Part shown: one piece after another, positions 20,138-30,619 of the stretch
Position numbering within the stretch: position 1 is the stretch's first letter
Layout: the number at the start of each line of letters is the position of its first letter
From: a bacterium
Lineage (GTDB): Bacteria; SAR324; NAC60-12
Length of the DNA stretch: 64,000 nucleotides
Direction: 5' to 3'
Assembly (NCBI GenBank): GCA_965233585.1
Contig: CBDDTI010000747.1
Span: 896,001 to 960,000 of the forward strand
Made by a program: the position numbers and the translations under genes
Notes under the pieces: generated by a model
Told to the model about the DNA's origin: nothing
The model's database searches: none
The model's input: the letters and a program-made list of their open reading frames with translations, nothing else

Positions 20138-21883
20138 TTAAATATGAATGTATCCTCCAGTTGCTCCGTGTGCCGCCTCCATAATGGTTTCTGACAAAGT
20201 TGGGTGTGCATGAATGTTATGGGCAATTTCCTCAATGGTCAATTCATTGGCTTGTGCAAGAGTGAGTTGGGGCAAAAGCTCTGTTACAGAGTCCCCAATC
20301 ATGTGAGCGCCAATGAGTTCACCATATTTGGAATCTGTGATGATTTTGATGAAGCCTTCATTTGCTCCAATACCCAGTGCTTTGCCATTGGCAGAATAAG
20401 GGAATTGATAGACGGTGGAATGAGGAAAATGCTCTTTGGCTTGTTCTTCTGTCCAGCCCATTGATGCGATTTGAGGGGAGCAGTAAGTGGCACGGGGAAT
20501 CATTTCATACTGAATGTTTCGGGAGTGAAGCCCTGCAATACTTTCAATGGCAGACATGCCCATCGTAGATGCCACATGAGCCAGCATTAACTTTCCTGTG
20601 ACGTCTCCGATGGCATAGACATTGTCAACATTGGTTTGCATGTTGCTGTTGATGACAATCCTGCCATTATCCAGAGCGATTCCAATTTTTTCCAGACCAA
20701 GACCTTGAGTGAAAGGTACAAAACCGACTGCAGAAAGCACATAATCTGCAGAAAGCTGGTGTTCCTTGCCGTCTTGTTCAATGGAGAGTGTAGCGATTTT
20801 GTCCTTCACAGAAACGTTTTGAAGCTGTGCGTTGGTCAAGACACGCATGCCGTCTTTTTCAAATGATTTTTTCAAAAGAGCAGAGACTTCAGCATCTTCG
20901 TTGGGGACAATCCTATCGGCAACCTCCAAAATGGTGACATCTACCCCGTAAGCATTCCAGATGGTGGCAAACTCAACACCGATTGCACCTGACCCAACCA
21001 CAATCACTTTTTTAGGCAGGGTGTCTTTTAAAATGGCTTCTTCATAGGTCACGATGGTTTCGCCATCAACAGGAAGTTGGGGCAGAGTTCTCACAGAAGC
21101 ACCAGTAGAAATGATGAAGTGTTTAGCAGTCAATTCAGTTTGCTTGCCACTTTCGTTGGTGAGCAAAAGTTTGTGTTGGTCTTGAAAAGCAGCAGCAGCC
21201 ATGTGAACGCTGATTCCGTTTTTACGCATCAGATAATTGACGCCTTTGGTCAGCTGGTCAGCAGTAGCACGAGACCTTTTAAATGCCACTCCAAAGTCAG
21301 CACCGAAGTTTTTAAAATTTAAACCAAATTCAGCTGAACGTTGATGAACCGTATGCACCAGCTCAGCATTGGCAAGCAGTGCTTTGGTTGGAATACAGCC
21401 AATGTTTAGGCAGACTCCTCCTAGCCATCTTTTATCAATGATGGCAACCTTCAGTCCAAGTTGAGATGCACGAATTGCCGAAACATACCCGCCCGGTCCT
21501 GCTCCAATGACTGCAACATCATAATCAAAATGTTGATTTGATGAATGAGACGAATGCACGGCAGGTGCTTCTTTGACTTTAGGAGTCTGTGATGATGAAG
21601 GTGGTGCAGCAACGTTAGGAGCGTGTTCTTCAAACGTCTCATCTGCTATTTCTGTAAGAATCGCAATGGGTGTTCCGACTTTGATCGTTTCACCTGCTTT
21701 CACAAGATATTTGCGAATGAAACCATCATCTAAAATCTCATAATCAACAACTGCCTTGTCTGTTTCAATTTGTGCAAAGAGTTCCCCTGCAGAAACTTCT
21801 GCACCAATTTCCTTTTCCCACGAACGCAAAACACCTTCCTCCATTGTGGGACTGAGGCTAGGCATGAGAATTGTTTTTGCCAT
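20138..21883 (-). CDS. lpdA: Dihydrolipoamide dehydrogenase with N-terminal lipoyl domain
   Basis: MPSLSPTMEEG...IETDKAVVD lipoyl domain; GAGPGG, GGVCLNIGCIPTK, GSGAIG, HAHPTLSE. Confidence 0.93.
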   Translation of the reverse strand: MAKTILMPSLSPTMEEGVLRSWEKEIGAEVSAGELFAQIETDKAVVDYEILDDGFIRKYLVKAGETIKVGTPIAILTEIADETFEEHAPNVAAPPSSSQTPKVKEAPAVHSSHSSNQHFDYDVAVIGAGPGGYVSAIRASQLGLKVAIIDKRWLGGVCLNIGCIPTKALLANAELVHTVHQRSAEFGLNFKNFGADFGVAFKRSRATADQLTKGVNYLMRKNGISVHMAAAAFQDQHKLLLTNESGKQTELTAKHFIISTGASVRTLPQLPVDGETIVTYEEAILKDTLPKKVIVVGSGAIGVEFATIWNAYGVDVTILEVADRIVPNEDAEVSALLKKSFEKDGMRVLTNAQLQNVSVKDKIATLSIEQDGKEHQLSADYVLSAVGFVPFTQGLGLEKIGIALDNGRIVINSNMQTNVDNVYAIGDVTGKLMLAHVASTMGMSAIESIAGLHSRNIQYEMIPRATYCSPQIASMGWTEEQAKEHFPHSTVYQFPYSANGKALGIGANEGFIKIITDSKYGELIGAHMIGDSVTELLPQLTLAQANELTIEEIAHNIHAHPTLSETIMEAAHGATGGYIHI

Positions 21884-22017
21884 AGTTTGTTTTTCTTTCT
21901 TGCTAAAGGGTCAGTTAAAAATCTCCTGTCATTTTTTGATTGAGTTTGCCAAATAAATCCACTGTTTTAAAATAAAACTCTGACAATAAGTTGTCATGTT
22001 GATTGAACATATTGATT

Positions 22018-24045
22018 TCAAAATTTTTTTTTAATATGGTCTTTGATTGCATCTTGAAAAGTGTTTTGATTTAACTCAATTCCAATGCCAATTCTATTGA
22101 GTTGTTTGGCGACAATGGGTGTTGTAAAACTTCCTGCAAAGGGGTCTAATACTTTTTCTCCTTCATAAGAGAACATATTGATTGCAAATTGTGGGATTTC
22201 TTTGGGGAATGGAGCTGTATGTCCTAAGGAGTTCTGACCTTTTGAGTTGATTTTAATAACGGGGCTAAATTGCACAATATCCCGCCTCCATTTTTTGATG
22301 AACTCATGGTCAATTTCATGGGATTCTGATTGATGGGATTGAGTCATTAATGTTTTTAGTGAAAATCGCTTGCCTCTGTTACTTTTGCTCCGTTCAAAGC
22401 ACTCTAAATTTTTACATTCCCAACTCATCAAACCAATCTCTGATTGTGTATTGCCATTGACTTTCAAAGTGCCACAAACAGGACAGGGGTATCTGGTTTT
22501 GTCTAATCTGTGCTTATGAAAAACCAATAAATGTTCATAGCAATTTGCAGGGTATTGATAAAAAGGAAAGGGGCGATTTCCGTTTTTATGCCTTTCACTT
22601 TGGACTTCTCCTTTGTCCCAAATAAAATCATCTACAAAAGTAAACCCTTCTTCTTCAAAAATTTGAATGAAATAAGCACCTAAAGGGAGTCGTCTTTTGC
22701 CCCAAACTGCTTTAGTTTTCAAATGATCATTGTCAAAAATATCACCAACATTCCAAACAATGACTCTGTGATTGTCTAGTATTCTGTAAGATTCTCTAAT
22801 TACTTTTTTCATCTCATCTAAGTAATCATTCAGATTGTTCCATTGAGAATACTTTCTGGCATTGTAGTATGGAGGAGAAGTGACAATGCAATGAATGGAT
22901 TCTGATTTTAGTTTTTTCAAAACTTGCAAGCAGTCTCCCCAAATAATTTTAATGTCTTGATTGAAATGTTCGGCATTGTTAAGTAATAAGTGATAGCTGA
23001 TTATTCCGTTTTGCCATGAACAAAAGAACAGAATATTGTAATGCTTTAAGAGACTTGCTGTAACATTTGGTTTTCCTTCTCATTCTTGCCAAGAAATGTC
23101 TCAAGAGAGAATTATACCCTTCTATCGTGTATGTTTCTGCCTTGGAACATGTATGAATTTCTTTGGGAATGACTTGTTTGTAAGCCTTGCAGTGATCAGT
23201 CATCACCTGAAGAGGTTTTGTTTCCTTGACCTTGTCCCATAAATGCCTACAGGCTTTTGAGTCTCTGTTTCCAAGCACACAATTGATAAATTGCTTCCCA
23301 CATCTATCAACAGCAATCCAGAGCCAGCAGTAGTTTTTTTTGACTGGATGTAGGTGTGCATTTCATCAATTTCCATAATTTCAATGTCTGTGTCCTTTCT
23401 TAATGCCTTGAGCTGTTCGCCAAAACTACAGACCCAATTATAAACTGAAACATGAGAACAATTCAGCAAACGACCGATTGACCTGAAACCAAGACCCTCC
23501 AAATACAACTCTAATGCTCTTCTTTTGATCTGTGGTGAGATTTGACCACGATAGGACTTGGTATATTGATAGTTGCAGGCATTGCAACGCCTCCTCGGTT
23601 TACCATATAAGAAACCATTCTTAACCGTCTTCTCACTTTCACATCTAGGACACAACTTCATTGCTACACCATGACTATCAATTCAATTAAATGAACTTAA
23701 TATCGCATATCACTTATAGTTTAACAATACCAAATGTTCTATAAATTGATTGAGTTTCTGATCTGATTTTTTGTATTGATTTTGATAGATTTTTTTGACA
23801 GATTTGATATAGGTTTCTGAAAAATTTTTGATGATAGTTTCTCTTTCTTTGATTTCAAAAACAAACTGAATTTCTTCTAAGAACGTCGCTAGTTGTTTTT
23901 GATTGAAAGTTTGTTTTAAATATGGATGGCTAATCGCTAAAATTTTTTGAAGGTAATGTTCAGAAACAACTTCTTTGCCCTGCAAATGTAAAACACCTTC
24001 CTCCATGATTGGATTGAGTCTAGGCATCAAAGTTGTTTTTGCCAT
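22018..24045 (-). pseudogene. N4/N6 DNA methyltransferase (beta class) interrupted by IS1
   Basis: Removing the IS and one TSD rejoins ...LNQFIEHFNQDIKIIWGDCLQVLKK...TSPPYY...HTAPFP...VLDPFAGSFTT in one frame (~419 aa). Confidence 0.9.
22972..23731 (-). mobile_element. IS1-family element type a, copy 2, with 8-bp TSD
   Basis: Same IRs and ORFs as copy 1 with a few SNPs; AAATGTTC duplicated at 22964-22971 and 23732-23739. Confidence 0.95.
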
Positions 24046-24081
24046 GTTTTGCTTTTGTTTGTAGGAATTGATTCATTTCAG

Positions 24082-24738
24082 CTAAACTTTGTTTTGTAAT
24101 TGTCCCAAAAAAGTTTGTGGAGACAAATAAAAATTTGCAAAGACTTCTTCAAAGTCATCTGCAACAGATTTTTTTGTCAATTCTTGCTTGACCAGATGCT
24201 CTTGCCACTCCTTAACTTTGGGATATTGGTCAAGAAAATCATAACCCGTGTGTTTTTGAACAACTGAAAAGCGGTGCAGCAGTATCAGCCATGCTATATC
24301 AACATTGCTGATAGATTGACCTTTGAAAAAAGGGCAGACAATCTGGTTCTCTGCCTTAGCAAAGGTTTTTCCCAGCTTTTCTTTTCTATCAAGTAAAGTG
24401 TTCTCATCAGGACTTCTCATTGCTCCACATTGTGCTAGATAGTGCTTGGTTGCTTGACAACTCCAAGCACGGTCTATTGCACGTTGTTCTGGAGTCAAAT
24501 GAGGTTCTAAAGGTTGGGTTACTTCATCAATGTATTCCACAATGGCATCTGACTCAAACAAGGCTGCCCCTGTATCTGTCATCAGGATAGGAACTTGAGT
24601 ATTTGGAGATAAATCTAAAAACCACTCTGGCTTATTTTGAAGGCTAATATACTCAACATGGTATGAAATATTTTTAGCTTCCAAAAAGGCTGTTACTCTT
24701 TGGACAAAAGGGCAAATTTTAAAACTAATCACTTTCAT
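24082..24738 (-). CDS. Glutathione S-transferase family protein
   Basis: SFKICPFVQRV, KPEWFLDLSP..QVP, LFESDAIVEYIDE. Confidence 0.92.
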   Translation of the reverse strand: MKVISFKICPFVQRVTAFLEAKNISYHVEYISLQNKPEWFLDLSPNTQVPILMTDTGAALFESDAIVEYIDEVTQPLEPHLTPEQRAIDRAWSCQATKHYLAQCGAMRSPDENTLLDRKEKLGKTFAKAENQIVCPFFKGQSISNVDIAWLILLHRFSVVQKHTGYDFLDQYPKVKEWQEHLVKQELTKKSVADDFEEVFANFYLSPQTFLGQLQNKV

Positions 24739-24824
24739 TGCTTGTGCCTTGTCTGCTGTCTTTGACTCTCAAGATATAAAACTTTGCAAAGATTATCAAT
24801 CATTGAAAGCCATTATGTGATGAA

Positions 24825-26213
24825 TCACAAATGACTTTTTGCACGTTCTCTCACCTGTTGCAAGGTGGTTTCACGAAGAATGTCGCCATCTTTAAAAACA
24901 GGTTTAAGTTGATTTTGATTGGTGTTTTGCAATTCAGCTTCAGGAATGGTCAAAAATCGGTCTTGTCGTTGAATTAAGGCTAAACGCCCTGCTTTAGAAC
25001 ATTTTGAGACATCTGTGATGGGTTGTTTAGAGACATCTTGCCAGATTCCGTCAATTTTTGCTGCAGAGCATTTCATGGCAAACTTGAATGTATCACGATT
25101 GATTTGTTGAAGCAAGGCGCCTCCCATGCCAAATGAGATATTTTCAGCACTGATGTTGTGAGCTTGGTAATTGTCTAAAATCTGAAAAATACTTTGCAGG
25201 TTGATGCCGTCGCCTTGAATAATCCGAATGGAAGGAGGCAAGACATGGTAACCTTTGGAATTGACAGAACTGCCATAGGATTTAAGAAGGGATTGTGCCA
25301 CTTTCAACGTCACTTCCACAGGGTCTCCTGAATCGGGACGCACCACCAAAGTTGCCCCCGTTTGCAAGATGCGTTCTTTCAAGTTTTGCCCCCACAGCTT
25401 GTCAACGGCATGATAAATATCATAAGAGTCAGACACCACAGCAAAAGGTTTTCCCTTGCCTGCAAATTGGTCAATCATGTTCTCAAATGCCTCTTGTTCG
25501 GTATTCCAAACGGTGATGGTAGAATGTTCTGCTGCAGGAATAGAAAAACCTGCCATCTCTTCATCATAATACTTTTGCCCTGCCAGCAATGCCCCAATCG
25601 TGTCTGTTCCCATGAAGTTCACCAGATGAGCCAGCCCACCCAATGCCCCTGATTCCCAAGAACTGACACCACGAAAACCAAAATCATGAAGTCTGAAAGC
25701 AATTTGTCCTTCAGCGTCGTCAGATGTTTCTTTGAGGAATTGCAGAATGGTTTGCTTCGCCTTCCAAGAAATAGTTGCCACAGTGCTAGGATACCAGACA
25801 GCACGAAGCAAAGCGGTTTCTAAAAAGTTAGTGAGCCACCAACATTGCGGGTCTGTGTTGTGAATCTGAAGCAAGACATTTTGGCAAGGAATCAAACTGC
25901 CCTCTGCAATAGCATCAATTTGCACGGGTAATTTCCCTGCATGGTGCTTGGCAATATGTTCCCAGCCTTCACGATGAAACGGCAATCCATGAGCTTTGAC
26001 AACCGCTTCTGCCTCATCTATTTTGTGATGTGTAACCTGCACACCCTCAAGGTATTCTTTCAAAAAGGCTTGCAATCCAAAAAACAAAATCTGTTCTTCA
26101 GCAGGCGAGCGGGACTCAATGTATGATGAAATCACTTGAGTTTTTGGAGGATACTGAAACGGGTGTGAGTATTTGTATGAATCAGTATTAAGAATAAGGT
26201 TTGTTGTTTGCAT
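24825..26213 (-). CDS. nadV: Nicotinamide phosphoribosyltransferase (NAMPT/NadV type)
   Basis: TDSYKYSH..QYP, LHDFGFRG, SIPAAEHST, VVSDSYD, VVRPDSGDP, IQGDG. Confidence 0.88.
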   Translation of the reverse strand: MQTTNLILNTDSYKYSHPFQYPPKTQVISSYIESRSPAEEQILFFGLQAFLKEYLEGVQVTHHKIDEAEAVVKAHGLPFHREGWEHIAKHHAGKLPVQIDAIAEGSLIPCQNVLLQIHNTDPQCWWLTNFLETALLRAVWYPSTVATISWKAKQTILQFLKETSDDAEGQIAFRLHDFGFRGVSSWESGALGGLAHLVNFMGTDTIGALLAGQKYYDEEMAGFSIPAAEHSTITVWNTEQEAFENMIDQFAGKGKPFAVVSDSYDIYHAVDKLWGQNLKERILQTGATLVVRPDSGDPVEVTLKVAQSLLKSYGSSVNSKGYHVLPPSIRIIQGDGINLQSIFQILDNYQAHNISAENISFGMGGALLQQINRDTFKFAMKCSAAKIDGIWQDVSKQPITDVSKCSKAGRLALIQRQDRFLTIPEAELQNTNQNQLKPVFKDGDILRETTLQQVRERAKSHL

Positions 26214-26324
26214 AGTTAAACTCCTTAAATATGCTTTTGAAAAAAAGATGATTCAGTCTCTCTCAATCATCAAAACAAAGTTGATTATCTTCAACAAAAA
26301 TTAGAATAAAATAAAGTCAAAAAA

Positions 26325-27077
26325 TTGCTTTGCAATCAAATTCTTTTAGAACGGCAAATCAGAACAGGTTCACGACTTCATGGTTTGCATTTTGAGAATG
26401 AAGTTTTTCCTGATGCTCAATGGGATTCTCTCAAGTGGCAAAATTGCCATTTTACGAACTGCCGTTTTCAAAAAGCATGTTGGAATCATGCCTCTTTTGA
26501 AAATTGCGTTTTTACAAATTGTCTTTTTGACGGCTTGGAATGTTGCCAAACAAACATGACGCATTGCAGGTTTGAAGATTGCGTCAGCAGTGATTCAAAT
26601 TGGTTTCATGCAGTGCTTGAAGATGTTATCTTTTTCAAGTGTCAGTTTCAAAATGCCACCTATCAACAATCTACTTTCAAAATGTTGGTTTCAGAACTCT
26701 CTGAGTGGCAAGACATTTGTTTTATAACATGCCAGATGCAAGATGTGAGGCTTTGCTTGTGTATGTTGAATCGTTTGGAATGGCGGAACACCAAAGCCTT
26801 AAGCCTTGACCTCACAGCATCTTACCTTGAAGACTCTGTCATTAGTCAAGTTGAATGGCAAGAGCCTGTTTTCATTTACTCCCAAATCAAAAAAACAACA
26901 TGGAAAGACTCATCAATCAAGTCTGCTAATTTGATGTATGCAACCATTGAACAAAATCAGTTTGAACACACTGACTTGCCAAATCCTTGCACTGACGAGC
27001 TGAACTGGTTAGACAATCATGTTGAAGGAGGAAAAGCCATCGTACATCATAAGCCAGCAAGTCAATCAACAAAATAG
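26325..27077 (+). CDS. Pentapeptide repeat protein
   Basis: 5-residue periodic W/F-x-N-C-x pattern throughout. Confidence 0.8.
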   Translation: MLCNQILLERQIRTGSRLHGLHFENEVFPDAQWDSLKWQNCHFTNCRFQKACWNHASFENCVFTNCLFDGLECCQTNMTHCRFEDCVSSDSNWFHAVLEDVIFFKCQFQNATYQQSTFKMLVSELSEWQDICFITCQMQDVRLCLCMLNRLEWRNTKALSLDLTASYLEDSVISQVEWQEPVFIYSQIKKTTWKDSSIKSANLMYATIEQNQFEHTDLPNPCTDELNWLDNHVEGGKAIVHHKPASQSTK

Positions 27078-27144
27078 CAAATCAATCAACAAAGATTTTT
27101 TTAAAGATTTTGAAATTTGAAAAACCGACACATCTAAATTTTTT

Positions 27145-27672
27145 ATGAAAAAAATCATCAATCACATGACCTCTTTGAGTTTGTTAGTCCTTTTGAGTTT
27201 GTGGGTAAGCCCCGCGTATGCTGAATATCGTGCCTATGAAATTGAGGTTTATGACCGCATGGAACGTAAATCTGAAATCATCATTACTACTTTTTCACCA
27301 AATGACTATATTTTGACTCACGGAGGAGACCAAAGAGTCGGGATTATCTTGCGAGCCTCTTGGATCTGTTACGGAGATACTTCCCATTATAAAAAACCTT
27401 GTCCGAAGCCTGAAACGATTTATCCGAAGTTTGCAGTGGGTGACCGCGTCCAAATCGTGCTGGAACATCACGTGACTGACCAATGGGAAGGCGTGATTGA
27501 AAACTCGTTTTATAGACCTGATTTAAGGAGTAATGTTTATGGAGTGCGTTTTCCAGACCGCCGCAGAATGTATGCCCGTTATTACGAGGCAAATCTACGA
27601 CCTTTGAAAAAAGAAGGTCAGGAAGCTGAAGTTAAGGAAGAAGATGTTAGAGATTTTCAATCTTTTCAATAA
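27145..27672 (+). CDS. Secreted hypothetical protein with SH3/KOW-like C-terminal part
   Basis: Signal peptide ending AYA; PKFAVGDRVQI...YGVRF. Confidence 0.7.
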   Translation: MKKIINHMTSLSLLVLLSLWVSPAYAEYRAYEIEVYDRMERKSEIIITTFSPNDYILTHGGDQRVGIILRASWICYGDTSHYKKPCPKPETIYPKFAVGDRVQIVLEHHVTDQWEGVIENSFYRPDLRSNVYGVRFPDRRRMYARYYEANLRPLKKEGQEAEVKEEDVRDFQSFQ

Positions 27673-28816
27673 ACCATGACATCTCTTCAGCCATTTTTTC
27701 AAAATGTGGATTATACAAAAGCCTTGAAATTTTGACATTCTCGGGACCTGTGCCAAATTCACCATAAAGCCTTTTGTCTTTTTCAGGGCATTGAGGGTAG
27801 TCAAACCCACAATATTCAACGGGGCTGTTTTTGCCATAATGCGGGTTGTCAGGGTGGGTGAGGATTGTGCGATGGCTGAAGCTGACAATATTTTGGTCTT
27901 CAAGTCTGCTTGACAAATTGACAAGACGTTTTTGTGAGTCTTGGGAAACCTCAAGTCCTTGAGTTTCTGGATTAAACCAGAGCATGTGAACAAAAGGCAA
28001 CGGTTGTTTTTGATAAAATTCATACACAACCTGTGCGTCAACAGTGGAGTCGCTTTTTGAGATGGTTACAAAAGTTGGTGGTAATTTGGGATTTTGTGAA
28101 AGACGTTTTTTCAAATCACGGGTTAGTAAGTATGTTTCTGCTGCCGATTGAGTCGTTGTATTTTCGTAACGTGCAAAGTCTGGGTTGGGAATTTCATCTG
28201 AATCAATCCATGTTTGAAAATAACGCAACACAGGCGTCAAAAAAACTAAAGAATTATTAATCCGAAAGACAGGAGCAAACAAAAACAAACCTTTGACCCG
28301 CTCATCTTGGGTGGCATGGAACAGACTCAATGCACCACCCAATGAGTAGCCTCCCAAATATACCTCATCAAATTCCTGAACTGCCTGATTGAACGCATCG
28401 CTGACCAGCGCTTTCCAATCGTCACGTGAAATTTCAGCCAAATGTCCTGCATGACTTCCATGTCCAGGTAAAAGCAATGTACGAACATAGAAACATTTTT
28501 TGACAAAAACATTGGCAACGTCTCGCATGATGAACGGAGTGTCACCAAGCCCATGAGTCAAAATTACAACACGACTTTTTGTTGAAGGACAGCTTGGTTG
28601 AAGCTCAAAAGGCAAAACCTTTTCTATCTGTTCATCAAGAGTTCCCTGACCAATCGCCACACGATTTTTTTGCAACCAAGAACGCGTTTCACTGACGTAT
28701 TGCACAAACGATTTGTTCTTGAGGTCAGGTGGTCTCTCTGTCATGGGAGGAATTTCTTTGGACGAACAGCCAAACAACACAAGTAAGGGCAGGGCAAGGG
28801 TTTTCAATCGCATCAT
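27647..28816 (-). CDS. Alpha/beta hydrolase lipoprotein (esterase/lysophospholipase-like)
   Basis: LFGC lipobox; THGLGD, LLPGHG, GYSLGG nucleophile elbow. Confidence 0.85.
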   Translation of the reverse strand: MMRLKTLALPLLVLFGCSSKEIPPMTERPPDLKNKSFVQYVSETRSWLQKNRVAIGQGTLDEQIEKVLPFELQPSCPSTKSRVVILTHGLGDTPFIMRDVANVFVKKCFYVRTLLLPGHGSHAGHLAEISRDDWKALVSDAFNQAVQEFDEVYLGGYSLGGALSLFHATQDERVKGLFLFAPVFRINNSLVFLTPVLRYFQTWIDSDEIPNPDFARYENTTTQSAAETYLLTRDLKKRLSQNPKLPPTFVTISKSDSTVDAQVVYEFYQKQPLPFVHMLWFNPETQGLEVSQDSQKRLVNLSSRLEDQNIVSFSHRTILTHPDNPHYGKNSPVEYCGFDYPQCPEKDKRLYGEFGTGPENVKISRLLYNPHFEKMAEEMSWFIEKIENL

Positions 28817-29027
28817 TCAGATTAGGTAAAATCATTCACTCTAACACTTTTGAAAATTTTTTGAAAACAAAAAAAGTTTTCATTTTGATTCAAAATTCCA
28901 TGGAAGAACGACAACGTTTATTAGACTTTAAGCATCATCAATGAACAACAAGTCAATTCTGCACCGTGTGTCCCCAATGTCAAGTCACAGGAATGAAGCT
29001 AGATAACATAAGCAGGCATTTTTTGAG

Positions 29028-29999
29028 TCAGAACGAAAGGTTCTGAATTTGTTGTTGAGAGAGTCCTGTGACAGATTCAATCAAGTCTTTATCTAATCCT
29101 TGAGCCAGCATGTTTTGAGCAATTTGAATTTTTTCTTGCTCAATGCCTTTTTCCATTCCTTCTTGTCGTCCTTGTTCAATGCCCTCTTGTTTTCCTTGCT
29201 CAATTCCTTCTTGTTTTCCTTGCTCAATGCCTTTTTCCATTCCTTGTTTGACACCTTTTTCTATGCCTTGTTTGACACCTTTTTCCATTCCTTTCCGGAA
29301 GTTAAGTTGTTCAGCACCTTTGATGACAGCTACAAATTCTTGCCTTTTATAGACCATCTCCAGTTCTTCAGGAGAAAGTCCTGCTTGGTCAACGACATGT
29401 AACGCTTGTTGGATTGTAGGATTCAAAACTTCTGGGATTTCTTGTAGCTGTTCTGAATGCTTGATGAAATAAATCCACTCTTCTTGCAAGACTTCTAATT
29501 CATTCAAAGACTTTTGAAATTTAGGAAGTTCTACAAAAATGAGTTCTATGTCATCACAATATTGGGTCAGGGTCTTTCTGTCTAAAAGTTTAAAAGAATT
29601 GATGATACTGTCATTGTCTTCAAACATGATGAAGTCTAAGACATTCAAAGCGATGACAGGATTCAGCAGATGATATTGGTCTCCTTTGACTAATTGCATA
29701 GAGTAGTTTTTACAAGCATTGTAGAGGATTCGTTTCTCAAAACCATCATGGTTGACAATCTGCATCTCAATCAAGACTTGCTCACCTGTGTCAAGTCTTG
29801 CTTTCACGTCAACGAAGGTAATCTTCATGCCTTGCAGTAAAGGCGGATTGTAGGGGTCTTGAATCACCAAATCTTGTATTTGCTTCTGATGAGGGAACTC
29901 TATCATCGCATTGAGAAAGCTGATAAGAAGCGCTTTGTTCTTCTCATCTCCAAACAACATCTTGAACGCATAGTCTGTCTTGATGTCTAAAAATCTCAT
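29028..29999 (-). CDS. Rpn family PD-(D/E)XK nuclease/putative transposase
   Basis: MRFLDIKTDYAFK.LFG, DVKA...IEMQ, ELPKF, C-terminal G(I/M)E(Q/K)G repeats, IAQNML..GL...I...TGL. Confidence 0.92.
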   Translation of the reverse strand: MRFLDIKTDYAFKMLFGDEKNKALLISFLNAMIEFPHQKQIQDLVIQDPYNPPLLQGMKITFVDVKARLDTGEQVLIEMQIVNHDGFEKRILYNACKNYSMQLVKGDQYHLLNPVIALNVLDFIMFEDNDSIINSFKLLDRKTLTQYCDDIELIFVELPKFQKSLNELEVLQEEWIYFIKHSEQLQEIPEVLNPTIQQALHVVDQAGLSPEELEMVYKRQEFVAVIKGAEQLNFRKGMEKGVKQGIEKGVKQGMEKGIEQGKQEGIEQGKQEGIEQGRQEGMEKGIEQEKIQIAQNMLAQGLDKDLIESVTGLSQQQIQNLSF

Positions 30000-30142
30000 G
30001 GCAGTTTGTTCATAGAAATTTTGCTAATCCAGCAACAAAAGACTAATCTAGCCGATTTTGTCACAATCAGCAAATTGAAGCGAATTGAGATGCCATTTGG
30101 TCAAGGTCAAGTGGAAGGCTTCAGCCTTTTTTGAGTTGATTG

Positions 30143-30619
30143 TCAAACATGACTCATATTTTGGATTGGCACTCCGTAGATTTCTCGTTCTTTGCGTTGG
30201 CGAATCAAGCAGGCACGGCGAAAGGCTTCTTGTTCTCCATACAAATTGATAGAGACAGAGGTTTTTTTGGTAACTCCTGGCTCAGGATTATATGTGATTT
30301 CAAAGATATTCCAATGAATGCAATCACCATTAGAGGCTTGATATTTTTTGACTTTTCTTTGAACTCCAATGACTCCGCTTTTGTTGTCAGAACGTTTGGT
30401 CACAAGGTATCGGTCTGTGCGGGGGATTCCTAGATTCTTTTCTAAAACGTTACGGTAAACGATAGCCGCTTGCAATGCCGCCTCGCGACCGTGATGTTTG
30501 TTATCGCTAAAAAACTTTGACCGCATCACTCCTTGGTGCCTGATACGCAAATACCAGCCGTGAGTTTTCTTCTCTATCTGATCAATCCTGCTAATTCCTT
30601 TATACTTTTTTTCTTTCAT
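30143..30619 (-). CDS. AP2-domain DNA-binding protein
   Basis: GISRID...GWYLRI...SKFFSD...GREAALQAA; SGVIGV; S..LYGEQEAFRRAC..R. Confidence 0.75.
   Translation of the reverse strand: MKEKKYKGISRIDQIEKKTHGWYLRIRHQGVMRSKFFSDNKHHGREAALQAAIVYRNVLEKNLGIPRTDRYLVTKRSDNKSGVIGVQRKVKKYQASNGDCIHWNIFEITYNPEPGVTKKTSVSINLYGEQEAFRRACLIRQRKEREIYGVPIQNMSHV

Noticed and set aside
16192..23731. Composite transposon formed by IS1a copies 1 and 2
   Set aside because: Copy 2 has its own perfect TSD inside the MTase, so it is an independent insertion. No TSD brackets the pair.
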